A stretch of DNA of 63,855 bases, taken from the NCBI RefSeq assembly GCF_035084215.1, contig NC_090356.1, positions 17,732,001 through 17,795,855 of the forward strand, written 5' to 3'. The translations under genes and the position numbers were made by a program. Source of the DNA: Heptranchias perlo (lineage: Eukaryota). Below the pieces are notes generated by a model that saw nothing but the letters and a program-made list of their open reading frames with translations, was not told where the DNA came from and searched no databases. Positions 38,695 to 52,051 of the stretch are shown one piece after another; within the stretch, counting starts at the first letter, position 1, and each line of letters opens with the position of its first letter.

Positions 38695-38900
38695 TTCCCA
38701 AACTTCATCCATCAACAATCCTACAACTTCCATCAATAGCCCTGCTAAATAATCCAAAACACTACAAACCCCCTATCATCAACCCTGCAAACCCATCAAC
38801 AACGCTGAAAAAAACAAACCCATTAATAATTTTAAAAACCCATCAATAATTCTGAAAAGACATTACTAACCAAGCAAACTCATTAATTACACTGCAAAAT
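38695..38900 (+). repeat. Degenerate minisatellite of about 20 bp (aaacccatcaacaaccctgc)
   Basis: Recurrent ccatcaa/cattaat...ctgcaaa units immediately upstream of the MICOS10 promoter. Confidence 0.7.
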
Positions 38901-39051
38901 CTAGGCTGACACTTCAGTGCAGTACTGAGGGAGGTGCTGCATTGATAGAGGTGCAGTTTTTGGATGAAATATTAAATGGAAATCCTGACTGTCTAGGTGG
39001 ACATGAAGATCCCATGATTTGAATAAGAGCAAGAAAGATCTTATATGTTCC

Positions 39052-39240
39052 CCCAGGGATCTGTACTGGGGCCTCAGCTTTTCACCATATACATTAATGA
39101 CTTGGATGAATGAATAGAATGTTGTATATCCAAGTTTGTAGTTGACACTAAGTTAGGAAACACAGTAGGTTGAGTGGATGAGGGCAGGAAGCTACATTGG
39201 GACATAGACAGACTAAGTGAGTGGGCAAAACTATGGCAGA
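39052..39240 (+). mobile_element. CR1 RT fragment
   Basis: PQGSVLGPQLFTIYINDLD and a degenerate SKF-DTKLG. Confidence 0.8.
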
Positions 39241-41315
39241 CTCATTCCCATTCCCATACACATGTTCAGACTGCACAATCCAAATTCAGTTTACAGTGGT
39301 GTAGTTCTGGGCAAAAATATCAAGTTCAAGCCGAGACATTTAGGAGAGGCTGAAGTCTTCAAGTAAAAACATTAGTGATGGCATTATAAAAGACAGTACA
39401 ATGTATAAATTTAATTATTATTGTAAAATATGTAATTTCTGAAATCTTTCTATTTTATTTATACTCTTATATTGAACAGTAGAAATTTTAGTTACTGGGA
39501 AAAAAATGTCCAATCAAGAATTTTCAAATAAACAATTTTCAGAAAGCAATTTGAGTGATTTGTGGGAACCCAGTACCCAGATTGCACAATCAGAGTGGCG
39601 AGTTTACATAGGAAAAATCCATTATAAAGATGGATATAGGAATTTATAATAGTAAAAAGTTTTCACAAAAAGTGTGACAAAAACACAACAACAGGAAATC
39701 AAGTGTGAAGTCAGGAAGTGCATGAATGCATAAGATTTTTAATAAGACATAAATAAATAATTACTTTAAAGTTTAAATATCAATTCTAGGTGTTTCCTTG
39801 GAATCTGTATTGGCAACTCTGGACAGTGGGTCTGGGGCCTGGACTAAAGCCCCAGTTGTCTTTGTTCCCCAAGTTAATCAAACCATAGATTCTTTGAAAG
39901 ACCAGGAGTAGTTTATATTCAGTTTACATTCCAACCACTCAGATGGGATTGTAGCTTGAACTACTGTCATGTATCAAAAACAAATAAACTATTTGAAATA
40001 TTAACAAATGCTGATTGACAAATAGTTGAATAGATTAACTTAATTTCTCTGATTGCTGAACCATCAAAAAAATACTAGGCGGAAACTGGTAATAATTAGT
40101 CATGAACAACCCACTTTACAAAGTGTGCGAGCTGCTGTACTCCCAGTTTTGTATGTTGACTTTGAAGGAACAGCTATAATATGGAAGAATTCCTGTGGCA
40201 TAAATCACAGTGCTGGCTGTTCATATCTTTAGCTCCGGCTGGTTTACTGAAATCTGTGGTTGTACTGAAAATTTGCGTCACACCATGACATTCAAAAACA
40301 AAAGATTGTTTCATCCAAAACTCCTGTCACTTGTAACTGCTGTGTAAGAAATACACTCTAAAAAGTTTATATTAACAACTTAAAATACAGTCAAAATAAT
40401 CTATGCTGGAAATACACAGCAATCGGTCAGCATGTGTAGAGAGAAAAGACAGGTTAATATTTTGGGCAGATCCCTTTGTCAGAAAAACAAGGCATGTTAA
40501 TAGAATCAGAAGCCAAAGACAGAGAGGTCAGGATATACCTGACACCGACAGAACTTTGAACATGCAAAAAACATTTGCCACTGGTGGTTGAGTACCTGTC
40601 ATATTGAAGTTAGCCAATTCAAATTTCCCACACCTCAGGGAGCTGCTGCATCAGTTACCAAGGCCCTTTGAATCACAAGAAATTTGAATCTATAACTGGC
40701 TGAAAATGTGGACAAGCGTGGAATGTGGAAATGTGGCTGCCACTGGCAAGTTCCTGCAATGAGCCTGCCCTGATTACCTTTGCCTTGGTCGGACCAGGCT
40801 CTATGCTGGAAATTGCCAGCTGGACAGCCTGCTTGTCTACATTTGAAGCCAATTGAATTAGCGGATTCAAAAAATTTTCACACTGCAGGGAGTCACACGA
40901 CATCTCCCTGGAGCAGGGGAAGTAAAAAATAGCTGACTTAACTGGCTGCAAAGGACAAAAAGATTACAAGCCAGCAAGTGCTGGTATTGAGATCATCATG
41001 ACCAACACAAAAGGTCTCAGATTGAGGGTGCGTCACACCTAATATTATTGGGAGAGTTGTTCCCACTGCTTGTACAAGAATATGTTATAAATGAGCTTAG
41101 GAAATTCTGCAAACACAGGGGGACGGATTTGGCGGGACCTAGGAACAACAGAGTTCTGCCCTTCTATAATGCCCAATAAATTATGGCAGAAGTGGGGGTG
41201 CACGCCCAATGTGGTGGTCCTACAGATATGATGGGATGGTGATGGATGTCATCACCCATTAGAAATCCTGACATTTCTGCCAGTACTAGACCTGAATTAC
41301 ATCAAGTTACATCAA

Positions 41316-42290
41316 AACTACAGCACAGAAACAGGCCATTGGCCCCACTGGTCTATGCCGGCATTTATGCTCCACGTGAACCTCCTCCCTTCCTACTACA
41401 TCTAACCCTATCAAGATACACTTCCATTCCTTTCTCCCTCATGTGCTTATCTAGCTTCCCCTTAAATGCATCCATGCTATTTGCCTCAACTACTCCTTGT
41501 GGTAGTGTGTTCAACATTCATACCACTCTCTGGGTAAAGAAGTTTCTCCTGAATTCCCTATTGAATTTATTAGCGACAATTTTATATTTATGACCTCTAG
41601 TTTTGGACTCCCCGCAAGTGGAAACGTTTTCTCTACATCTACCTTATCAAACCCTATCATTATCTTAAAGACCTCTATCAGGTCACCCCTCAGACTTCTG
41701 TTTTCTAGAGAAAAGAGCCCCAGCATGTTCAGCCTTTCCTGGTAACGATATCCTCTCAGTTCTGGTATCATCCTTGTGAATCTTTTTTGCACCCTCTCCA
41801 ATGCCTCTACATCCTTTCTATAATATGGAGACCAGAACTGTGCACAATGCTCCAAGGGTGGTCTAACCGAGGTTCTATACAAGTTTAACATAACTTCTTT
41901 GCTTTTCAATTCTATCCCTCTAGAAATGAACCCTAGTGCTTGATTTGCCTTTTTTATAGCCCTATTAACCTGCATCACTAATTTTAGTGATTTGTGTATC
42001 TGTAATCCCTTGGTCCCTTTGCTCCTCTATCCTGTTTTGACTCTTATTATCTAAGCAGTATGTGGCCTCCTTACTCTGCCTACCAAAATGCACCACCTCA
42101 CACTTATCTTTATTGAAATCCATTTGCCAATTACGCACCCATTCTGCAAGATTATCACTGCCCACTTGCATTTTGACGCACTCTTCCTTTGTATTAACCA
42201 CACCCCCCAATTTGGTGTCCTCCGCAAATTTTGAAATTGTACTTCTGATTCCCAAATCCAAATCGTTAATGTAAATTGTGAACAGCAATG
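41316..42290 (-). mobile_element. CR1 LINE RT and 3' fragment
   Basis: FTIYINDLD, SKFAEDTKLGG and RPPLEHCAQFWSP motifs in ORFs 41965-42288 and 41511-41978. Confidence 0.92.
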
Positions 42291-42511
42291 GTTCATGCCT
42301 GCATCACTTGCCAAAGCATGAAATAGCACAGTTCTAAGGCTGACGGTTTATAAACTTTTGTGTATCATATCTCAGTGTTGAATGAAGTGTTTTGAATTTT
42401 TTTTGTGTTGTCCTGCTGACAAAAGAGTCTGCTAGCTGCCTTTCAGTAGTTTAAGACAGACAATTTTTTTTCCCACCCACATTTCATTGTGCCCTTACCA
42501 CGGAGTTCCCT

Positions 42512-42735
42512 ATGGGCATTCCCATATATGCTCTTATAATGGAGGCAGAACGGGAGTGGAATGAAGAGGAAATAAGAGAGGCACACAGGATAAAGCTGCA
42601 TCAAAGGAGAAGACCAACTAAGATGTACCCTTTCACCAGAGCCTATAGACCATGACGCTCCTTTCAGGATATGTCAGAAGAGATCTGCTTAAAGAGGCTA
42701 CGGTTCGATAAGAAGGCCTTGCAGAAACTCTGGAG
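42512..42735 (+). pseudogene. PIF/Harbinger (HARBI1-like) transposase N-terminal remnant
   Basis: In-frame MGIPIYALIMEAE...RRRPTKMYPFTRAYRP*RSFQDMSEEICLKRLRFDKKALQKL resembles the Harbinger R.Y...S..DMS...C..RLR motif. One TGA interrupts it. Confidence 0.7.
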
Positions 42736-43144
42736 TAGATTTTCAAATTGACGATTGGGCTTAAAACCGATGTTGTGGATCGGCCATCTGTTATAGAAAC
42801 TGCCAGATTTTCATTTCCAAGTGAAATTTAATAGATAAAGAGATGACCCTTTCGCGGTCCTTACACTGGTACGAACAACTTTATAGATAATAGTGACCCA
42901 ACATCTTGCCTTTATCCCTTCTATAATTTGTCAATTAAAGAATCGCAATTTTCCTTTCAGTCCTCTCTAAATGCAACCCTCCAAGTACATTGAAACACAA
43001 TACCCAATCAAAGAGCGACATACTTCTGAAAATTGAACTTGATATCACAAAATGTTCTTACTGTGCACATTTATATTTACAACAAATGCTTCCAGTTTCC
43101 TCATGCCGCTCTGTGCTATTCTTAAACCTATCCTATGACCCTAT

Positions 43145-43924
43145 TGGCAGGAGGAGTAGAAAAGCAGTATATTATTTAAATGAAGAGAGATTGCAGAACT
43201 CTGAGGTACAGAGGGATCTGGCTGTCCTGGTACATGAATCACAAAAAGTTAGTATGCAAGTGATTAGGAAGGCAAATGGAATGTTGTCATTTATTGCAAG
43301 GGGAATGGAATAAAAAAGTAGAGATATTTTGCTACAGTTGTACAGGGCATTGGTGAGACCACATCTGGAATACTGTGTGCAGTTTTGGTCTCCTTATTTA
43401 AGAAAGGAGATAATTGCTTTGGAGGCAGTTCAGAGAAGGTTCACGCGACTGATTCCTGGGATGAGGGGGTTATCTTATGAGGAAAGGTTGGACAAGTTGG
43501 GCCTGTATACACTGGAGTTTAGAAGAATGAGAGGTGATCTTGAAACATATAAGATCCTGAGGGGGCTGGAAGGGGTAGATGCTGAGAGAATGTTTCCCCT
43601 TGTGGGAGAGACTAGAACTAGGAGCCATAGTTTAAAAATAAGGGGTCTCCCATGGAGATTAGGAGAATTTTTTTCTCTCAGAGGGTCATGGGTCTGTGGA
43701 ACTCCCTTCCCCAGAGAGTGGTGGAGGCAGGGTCATTGAATATTTTTAAGGCAGAGTTAGATAGATTCCTGATTAACAAGGGAGTCAAAGGTTATAGTAG
43801 GTAGACGGGAAAGTAGGGATGATGTGGCAATCAGATCAGCCATGATCTGATCAAATGGCAGAGCAGGCTCAAGGGGCCAAATGGCCTACTCCTGCTCTTA
43901 ATTCATATGGTCGTATGTTCGTAT
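43145..43924 (+). mobile_element. CR1 LINE 3' fragment
   Basis: QRDLAVLVHES, LYRALVRPHLEYCVQFWSP and the CR1 3'UTR. Confidence 0.93.
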
Positions 43925-44509
43925 AACTCCTGCTAGAAGTATGAGTGTGTAGATCTTGAGTGAGGACTGGATCAGGATGGGGATCCCTGTGATGTTGCCT
44001 ATCATCTCACTCATTTGGAGTGGAATTCATTCATTTTGGTTTAAAAATACAACCTCACTCGAAAAAATAAACCCTACTTCATGTATTTAAATGGGTTTGT
44101 AATCTGTGTTACTCTATTTGATAGTAAATCAGATTCAGCATTTCCCCAGTATTAGCTCTGAATTGAACCCCCTTGCATAGAGGGAAAAAAATCTTATTTT
44201 GGAGGCTAGAAAAAGGCCCATAAAGCAGAATAAAAATATTTATGCAGATTCTAGAACCATATCATACCAATGTGGAGAGTTTAAAATATAGTTTATTTCA
44301 AGTGATGACTGAAACTTTAGCTCCTCAAAAGTTATTGGGTAAATGAACTTTTGATGTGTGGTACTTAGTCATACAAACCAAAAGGTCCTAGATTCAATTC
44401 CTGATCTGTGCTCAATTAGCTTTCTCAGTGGTCAGGATGTGCCCTCTTGACTAGGGAGTGGAAATTATAAATCAGTAACTTCTGCTAAAAAGTGCTCACA
44501 TGCACATCA

Positions 44510-46135
44510 GGCTCCTGTCCCATGCTTCAACACCCCACTCCTCAAAAAAACACCTTTGATCCTTTCCTCCTTTCCAACTACTGCACCATCCTACCTCTAA
44601 CCTCTTTAGGGTGCTCAACCATTTATCGCCACCAAACTCTGTTCCCACCTCTCACTGTTTGATTCACTTCAGTCTTGTTTCTACCCTCCCACAATACCGA
44701 TACTGACTCGATTAAAGTCATCAACAACATCTTATGTGACTGTGCCTGTAATGCAGTATCCCCAATTGCCCTCCTCAACTTCTTTCTGGAGTTTAGCACA
44801 GTTTATAGAATCATAGAATGATACAGCACAGAAGGAGGCCATTCAGCCCATTGTACCTGTGTCGGCTCTGAAAGAGCTATCCAATTAGTCCCACTCCCCT
44901 GTTCTTTCTCCATAGCCCTGCAAATGTTTCCTCTTCAAGTATTTATTCAATTTCTTTTTGAAAGTTATTATTGAATTTTCTGCCACACCTTTCCAGGCAG
45001 TGCATTCCAAATCATAGCAACTCGCAGTGCAAAAACAAATTTCCTTGTGTTGCCTCTGGTTCTTTTGCCAATTACCTTAAATCTGTGTCCTCTGGTTACC
45101 AACTCTTCTGCCACTGGAAACAGGTTCTCCATATTTACTATATCAAAACATTTCATGGTTTTGAACACCTCTATCAAATCTCCCCTACCCTTCTCTGCTC
45201 CAAGGGGAACAGCCCGAGTTTCCCTAGTCTCCCCCGGTAACGGAAGTCCATCCTTCTCCATTGAATCTCATCTGTGGTCTGTCTCTGTGGTACTGTCCTC
45301 ACTTGGTTCCAATTCTATCTGTCCCAAAGTAGCCAGCACATCTCCTGCAATGGCTTTTCCTCACATCTCTCAGGTTGCTCCAATCCTTGGCCCCTTCATT
45401 TTCATGGCTACATGCTTTCCATATATATGCTAATAACACCCAGTTGTATGTCTTCACCACCACCCTTGAATCCACGACCACCATTGTGTTACTTATCTGA
45501 CATCAAATCATGAATGAGAAAGAATTTTCTTCTACTTAACATCAACAAGACTGAAGTAGTCCTGTTTGGCTCCCAACATAAACTCCAGACCCAAGTCTGA
45601 TTCCATTTCCCAACCAATCACCCTGCCCCCAGCTACTCACTCCAGCTAAACCTGATAATTAACAACCCATTTAAATCTTTGTTGCCCACATCCTATCATG
45701 CACTAGGTCCTGTTGCTATACTCACCTTTCCGCAGAACCTTCATTGCCCCGGCCCTGTATTCTCCCTACCTCTGCAACCTCTTCAAGCCCTGCTCTTCCA
45801 ATTCTGGCCTCCTTTGCATTTCCCCCCTTCACTTCAGTAAACTCTATTTACTCTCCCTAATCTTCAGTACCAGAGTTACATGGAGTGAGGGATTTGCAGT
45901 ACTACCTTTGGTCACAGAATCTTCACAGTCTCAGCCCCACACTCTGTTTGCTCTCCCTAAACTCCTCCAACTTGCCACCTCTCTCCTCCTTCAAAGTCTT
46001 CTTCAAAACCCATCTATTTGATCATGCCTTCAGTCACCTTTCTCCCATCACTGTTCAGTGTCCAGTTATCCCACCTGTAAAGTGTTTTCAGACATTTTAT
46101 TACATTAAGGGTGCTGTTAAAATGTAAATTGTTGT
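44510..46135 (+). mobile_element. Degenerate L2 LINE pieces, split by a CR1 insertion
   Basis: LKK..LDP....NY.PI, YANNTQLY and LNINKTE remnants followed by an L2 3' tail. Confidence 0.7.
44805..45240 (-). mobile_element. CR1 3' fragment nested in an L2 remnant
   Basis: RGDLIEVFK...TRGHRFKV and an atagaatcatagaat tail. It interrupts the L2 RT sequence. Confidence 0.85.
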
Positions 46136-46409
46136 TTACAAGATTGCGACTCTCACTGTCTAGGCTTACACATAACAACAGTCACTGCACTTCATAGTAG
46201 TTCATTCATTGTACGTGATGCACATTGACACGTTTCTGTGAGATGTGTTCTATAAATACAAGTTGTTCTTTTTAGGCTCAAACACAAAGTGTAGCCACTT
46301 GCGCAAGGTTCCAAAGATGGACCTGCTGGCAACAGCGGAACCATATTCCCAGCAAGAATCAGCACCTTCAGGACAGGAAGAGGGGAAAATTAGTGGAGGG
46401 TGGCAGGGG

Positions 46410-48545
46410 GATGGCAGCTGAAGGCACTGCTGCCAATGGTGTGGTGAAGAGAGAGGGATGTATGAGAGGCCAAAATAAACGGAACAGAGATTTCAGGGGG
46501 AGGGTTTGCAGGATTGGAGACGGTTACAGAGATAGGGTGGGGGTGGGGCCATGAAGGGATTTAAACATGAGCATAAGAATTTTAAATTTGAAGCATTGGG
46601 AGATCAGGAGCCAGTGTAGGTCTGTGAGGATGGGGTGATGGGCAAGTGGGATGGTACGAGATAGGATACGGGCAGCGGTGTTTTAGATAAGCTGTTTTTT
46701 ACTGAGGGTAGAGGATGGGAGCCTTCTAGGAGAGTATTGAAATAGACGAGTCTGGAGGTGAGAAAGGCTTAGATGAGGGTATGACCAGCTGATGGCTGAA
46801 GTGGGGTGGAGGTGGATGATGTTATAGAGGTGGAAGTATGTGGTTTTTATGATGGAGAGGATATGGGGTCAGAACATCAACTTGGGGTTGAAAAGGACAC
46901 TGAGGTTGTGAACAGTCTGCTTCAGCCTGAGACAGTGGCTTGGGGGGAAATTGGAATCGATGGTAAGGGTATGAAGACCTAAGACAATGGCTTCAGTCTA
47001 CTCAATGTTTAGCGGGGAGAGATTGCAGCTCATCGAAAACTGCATTTTAGACAAGTAGTCTGACAACACAGAGGCAGTGGAGGGGTTGAGAAAGGGGGTT
47101 GAAAAGTACAGCTGGGTGTTGTCAGTGTACGTGTGGAAGCTGACTCCGAGTCTGCGGATAATGTCGCCAAGATGTGGACGAGGAGCAGGCCATAGGTAAT
47201 GGTGCTGGGATTGGATGAAAAGCCATTGCTGGATTTGCAATGGCTACAATTGGATAAAAGTAAAACTAAACAAGGACAGTCCCAGTGAGCTGTACAACAG
47301 AGGAGAGGCATTGGAGGAGGATGGTATGGTCAACATGGTCGGAGGCTGCAGAGAGGTTGAGGAGGGACAATGCATCATGGTCACAGATGCACACACCATG
47401 GCCACAGACACACACACTCCAACCTAGGGACATAAGAGGGCAAACTTTCTGACTTTGTACTCCTGGAGAAGAACCTTGCCCATCAAGAGCACACATATGT
47501 CAAGGAAGGATAATGCACCATGGTCTCAGTCACAGAAAATGTATTTGTGACTTTTGGTTAGGGCTGTTTTACTGCTGTAATAGGGGTGGGAACCTGATTG
47601 GAGAGATTCAAGCAGATAGTTGTGGGAGAGATAGGCATGGATTTGGGCAGTGACAACACATGCATATGGTCCAGCCAGATCTGGTGATGGATGTCTAAGT
47701 CAGTTGTGTGCCAGGTACGCTGGACTTTGAAGAGGAAAGGAAGGATGGAGATGGGGTGGTTGTTGTAACAACAGAGGTGTTGAGAGTGGGTTTTTTGAAG
47801 AAGGGGTTAAGATGGCAGTTTTGAAAGGAATAGAGAACAGTACCCGAAGAGAGGGAACCATTTACAATGTCAGCTAGCATAGGGGCCAGGAAAGGAAGTT
47901 GGGTGCAGGAGGTGAGGCGCAATGAGTGTGGAGAGGGCATAAGGTGGGAGAGAAGCTAAAGAGATGCAGATGATTCAGGGCTAGGGCAGGGGGGAGTCCA
48001 GGGAGGGGTTAAGCTTAGTGGACAAAGCAGCAGAGGCAGTTGAATGGACAGTCTCAATCTTGGTAACAAAGAAGTGCACTTGTTGTTGGAGGTAAGGGTG
48101 GAGGGGTTGGGGATAAAGGTTTGAGGAGACAATTGGTAATGGAGAAAAGAAGCTGGAGGTTATTTTTGCTCTCCAAGATAATTCTGGATTTGTGGGCAGA
48201 GGAGAGTGAGATCTGATATTGCTTGATATGGTCCAGCCAGATCTGGTGACGGATGGCTAAGCCAGTCGTGTGCCAGATACGCTGTCTTTGCCCCTTGGAT
48301 TTGAGGGACCGAAGATAGGGGCTATACCAGGTGGAGCAACCGGGATGGGAAAGAGTAAAGGCTTTGCTGGGAATTTGAAAGTGCTGTTGTAAGTAACTCA
48401 GGGGAGAATTTTTTCCAAGGAGGATGTAGAAAGAAGTAGGGTTGGGAGGGGATAGGAGGATGTGGGAGGTGAGGGATACAAGGAAGTGGGGTTGGAGATG
48501 GCCTTGTCAGTGATCGAGACCATGGGAGTAGAGGGGCCATGGAAT
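46410..48545 (-). mobile_element. L2-clade LINE remnant (RT and 3' region)
   Basis: LLNLSAASDHVDHTILL (LDLSAAFDTVDH) and LGDIIRRLGVSFHTYTDNTQLY (YADDTQLY), with many stops and frameshifts. Confidence 0.88.
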
Positions 48546-48564
48546 ACGGCATCTTTGAGGTGTG

Positions 48565-48825
48565 GCTGTAACAGAGTGTGGGAATTGCAGTACCAGCCTA
48601 ACGGGCTGAGAAAGTTGTAGTGCCAGTGTAACAGGGAGTTGCAATGCCAGTGTAAGAGGGAATGAAGGACTTGTAATATAACACGGAATTGCAGTACCAG
48701 CGCAACATGGAATTGCAATGCTAAAGCAACAGAGAATTGCAGTGCTGGTGTAACAGAAAGTATAAGGGCCAGTATGATAGAGTTGCCATGTCAGAGTACC
48801 AGGCATTGCTGTGCCAGTGCAACAG
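48565..48825 (+). repeat. Degenerate 24-bp minisatellite (ggaattgcagtgccagtgtaacag), resuming at about 49120-49260
   Basis: Visible 24-nt periodicity. The array is interrupted by CR1 fragments. Confidence 0.8.
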
Positions 48826-49120
48826 ATGATACCAGAACTGAGAGAGTACAACTATTGGGAAAGACTGAACAGGCTAGGGCTCTTTTTACTTGAAATTGTC
48901 AAATCACTGAATTTGGCTCTCTTCCAGTTGGGTATTTCCACCCTTGATTTTTCTTTGTCCCTTTCCCTAACTACTTTAAACCTAATTATATTATGATCAC
49001 TATAACCCAGATGTTCACCCACTGAAACACACTCCACTTGGCCTACTTCATTCCCTAGAACTAAATCCAACACTTCCCCGTTGGGCTAGAAACATTCTCA
49101 TTAAGAAAGTTCTCCTGTAC
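48822..49120. mobile_element. Two CR1 fragments (plus-strand RT C-terminal piece; minus-strand endonuclease piece)
   Basis: MIPELREYNYWERLNRLGLF on plus. LDLVLGNEVGQV...LGYSDHNIIRF (APE endonuclease SDH motif) on minus. Confidence 0.85.
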
Positions 49121-49259
49121 AGATAGGGAGTTCTTGCAGTTTAATGAGGAGTTGTATCCAGTGTAATCAGTAGTGTGCATATAGTATAATAGGGAGTGCA
49201 TAGTATAAAGACTGTGTGTATAATGTAATAGGGAGCATGTTTACAGTGTTGGAGGGAGT

Positions 49260-49780
49260 GTACGCACTGAACCGCCACTTCCGCATTACAAGGACCATAC
49301 TTGGGCAAGCTGGAGTTTCGGGCGCTGATTGGTTAAGCGCGGGGTTGTCTGTGTGACCCGGATGATCACACGGGCCCGAGGAAGGAACCGTCCGCGAGAC
49401 AGCAGCCGCCGCTCCCGCCGACCTGCCACCAACCGTCGTCATGGTGAGTACCGGCCTGGGGCTGTTCCATGTCCGTTCTCCCAAGATAACGCAGAGTCTT
49501 TGGCTGCCCCTCCTCGCTCCGCACCAGGGAGCTGCGAGCGTTAGAAGGCGCGTCCGGGGTGTGTGAGGAAGAGCGGAAACCGGAGAGGGAGAGCTGCCCT
49601 ACTCGGCCCGGCCCAGCCCAGCCCAGCCTCCCGTCCCGTCCAGTCCATGCCGCATCTTCTGTCTCTTTACCACCACCACCACCACCACCTCCCCCCGGTA
49701 ACGGCTCCTTGAGGTGGCCGCCGTTAAGGGCTCATAAATTCTGTGGAGCTGCCACAAAATTTGCGCCTCTCTCTAAAAGT
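49260..49780 (+). promoter_or_regulatory. CpG-island promoter and 5'UTR of the plus-strand gene (putative CAPZB)
   Basis: Sharp CpG/GC rise, CACTTCCG ETS site (49276-49283), CTGATTGG CCAAT box (49325-49332) and a strong donor after the ATG. Confidence 0.8.
49441..49443 (+). CDS. CAPZB: ATG-only first coding exon, probably CAPZB (capping protein beta); remaining exons lie beyond the window
   Basis: GC-rich 5'UTR ...ccgtcgtcATG|GTGAGT in a CpG island divergent from MICOS10. CAPZB is the head-to-head neighbour of MICOS10 in other vertebrates and has an ATG-only exon 1 with a long intron 1. No SDQQLDCALDL-type exon 2 was seen in the window, so identity is by synteny only. Confidence 0.7.
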
Positions 49781-51621
49781 GGAGGTAAACTTCCTGCCAA
49801 ATACTGTTCCTCATTCACACTATCTGAGTGAGGAGTGTGAGCTGTGACTGCTTTAGTCCCTGGGGCTGTCACATCCTGTCTCTAAACTCAATCTGTGCCA
49901 TCATCCTACTTTTGATGGCCTGTTCAAACATTGTATTTTGTTGAAAGTGTATTATTTGAATTGTAATCTCCTAAATATTCTATGGAAACTCACTAATGGC
50001 AGTTGGGTTTCTTTCTGATGTCAGGCTATTGTGATCTCAAAGTTTCCCATTGTGCCATCTTAAAGGAAGTGTTGCTCAATACAGGGTACAAACTATTCAG
50101 GAACAGCATTGAGCATACTTGCAGGGGGGTTGTAAGGTATTAGATGTGGTTCAGATGATTGTCAAGCTACAATGGTGATGATTGAGTGGTTTATAAAGTG
50201 ATTATCTAAACCCAGAGATTAGATTGCAAATTTTAGACAATCAGTTTGAACCCCTGCTTACGATAGGGCACAATGCCTTTGGGGTTTATGAATGTAGCCA
50301 AACCAGTGCATTCCATCCTGGTAGTGTTCAATGAATGATATAAGCACTCTTTTACAAAACTGTTAACATTTTTAGATGTAATTTGCCAACCTCTATATTA
50401 AAAATTATTTCCTCCCCACCCCCCCCCCCTTCTCCATTTCTGCCATTAATGGTGGCACATCAGACATTTGATTGTATAAATGAGGAAGTTGTGTGGGTGA
50501 CAGAATGGGTTCATGATGTGTTGGGTATAGATTTACAGAAACAGTAGTTTTGAAGATCCTTTTTGAAGAATCTGTTTTCTAAAATGTTGAATGGCTTGCA
50601 ATGCAATAAAACACTTTTGCTAATTCATAATTGTAATCAATTCAATTCTAAAGGTGTCATTTGGTGTCTCCTGATCTTGGCAAGATCCTTTTGTAGATCA
50701 AATGACACTTACTCTGCTAGTTTATATTTGCTGATAAGTCTCTTTAACAAGAAGTTGATGGTTAAGTATCCAGGCCATAGCTCTAACGCCATAGCTCTAA
50801 CTATACTTTGGCAGTGTATTTGTCATTACATGACTTAAATACATGTCAGATTGTAAGAGTGATAACAGACCTGCACTCCCCTTCTGCCTAGATAGCTTGT
50901 CATAGTTCAATTCTCATTTCCAATGGTTCCAAATTAAAGGAACACTGAAACCTTTTAGAGCTCAAGTAATGTCTCGTCTTTTTACAGCTTTTGTGTAGGC
51001 CAAATGGAACTTTTGGCTGTACTTGAGATGCTCTTAATATTTCTGTGTTATTAGCAGGATTTCAGTAAAAAGTAATGGGCATGTGAAATTTTTATACTAT
51101 TTGCACTAGAACTGTGAAAGACAGTAGTGCAAATACAGATTTGTTTTCTTCCAAACTTGTGTTGGAAGAATTTAGCAGTATATGACACTTGGGTGAAGCA
51201 CTGTTGGTTATAAGTTTCATTTGATAGTGGGAGCAGTTTCATGTAATGAATGAAGACTCACACAGCATTAAAGTCTGTTGGCTTGTGTAATGTTTCCTGA
51301 ATATACTAAGAAAGGCTAGTGATTGCCTCTTCAAATGAGTACTTTTAACTTTTTGATCTTGTGGCCAGTGTGCAATACCTCTTGTACTTTTTCTCTGCCT
51401 AACTTTTCTTAATCTCCCTCTATCATATGCTATCTATGGATGAGCAACTTGCTTCTAGGCCTTTTCCAGTACCACCCTGAAACCCATTACTAGGTGTATG
51501 TGTGGCCCAGGAATTACTCTCCCTCCAATTGCCCCGGCACTTGCTGTGCAGAACCAGGGATGTTGCATCTCCCTTCGACTAAAATCAGTAACTCGGCAGG
51601 TGGGCGAAGAATAGATAGAAA

Positions 51622-52051
51622 GAAAGAACTTGCATTTATATAGCGCCTTTTACGATCTTGGGATGTCCCAAAGCACTTTACAACCAATTAAGTACTTTTG
51701 AGGTGTAGTCACTGTTGTAAAGTAGGAAATGCGGTAGCCAATTTGTGCACAGCAAGGTCCCACAAACTGCAATGTGATCATGACCAGATAATCTATTTTA
51801 GTGATGTTGGTTGAAGGATAAATATTGGCCAGGACTCCCCTGCCCTCCTTCGAAATAGTGCCATGGGATCTTTTACATTCCCCTGAGAGGGCAGACGTGG
51901 CCTTGGTTTAATGTCTCATCCGAAAGATGGCATCTCCGACAGTGCAGCACTCCCTCAGTCTAGATTATGTACTCCAGTCTCTGGAGTGCGACTTGAACTC
52001 ACATCCTTCTGACAGAGGCAAGAATGCTACCACGGAGCCACGGCTGACACC
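51622..52051 (-). mobile_element. Near full-length tRNA-headed Deu-domain SINE (SacSINE1/AmnSINE1-like)
   Basis: On minus: A/B-box head (tggctccgtgg...gttcaagtc), Deu-type core gctgcactgtcggagatgccatctttcggatgagacattaaacc, and an L2-like tail. Confidence 0.8.

Noticed and set aside
38412-38708. 98-aa ORF as a complete protein
   Set aside because: Only 38525-38588 is coding (MICOS10 exon 1); the rest is promoter and intron read-through.
50774-50801. 14-bp tandem duplication gccatagctctaac
   Set aside because: Ordinary slippage duplication with no further structure.
51975-52051. tRNA gene
   Set aside because: The A/B-box sequence is the head of a SINE and does not form a full cloverleaf.
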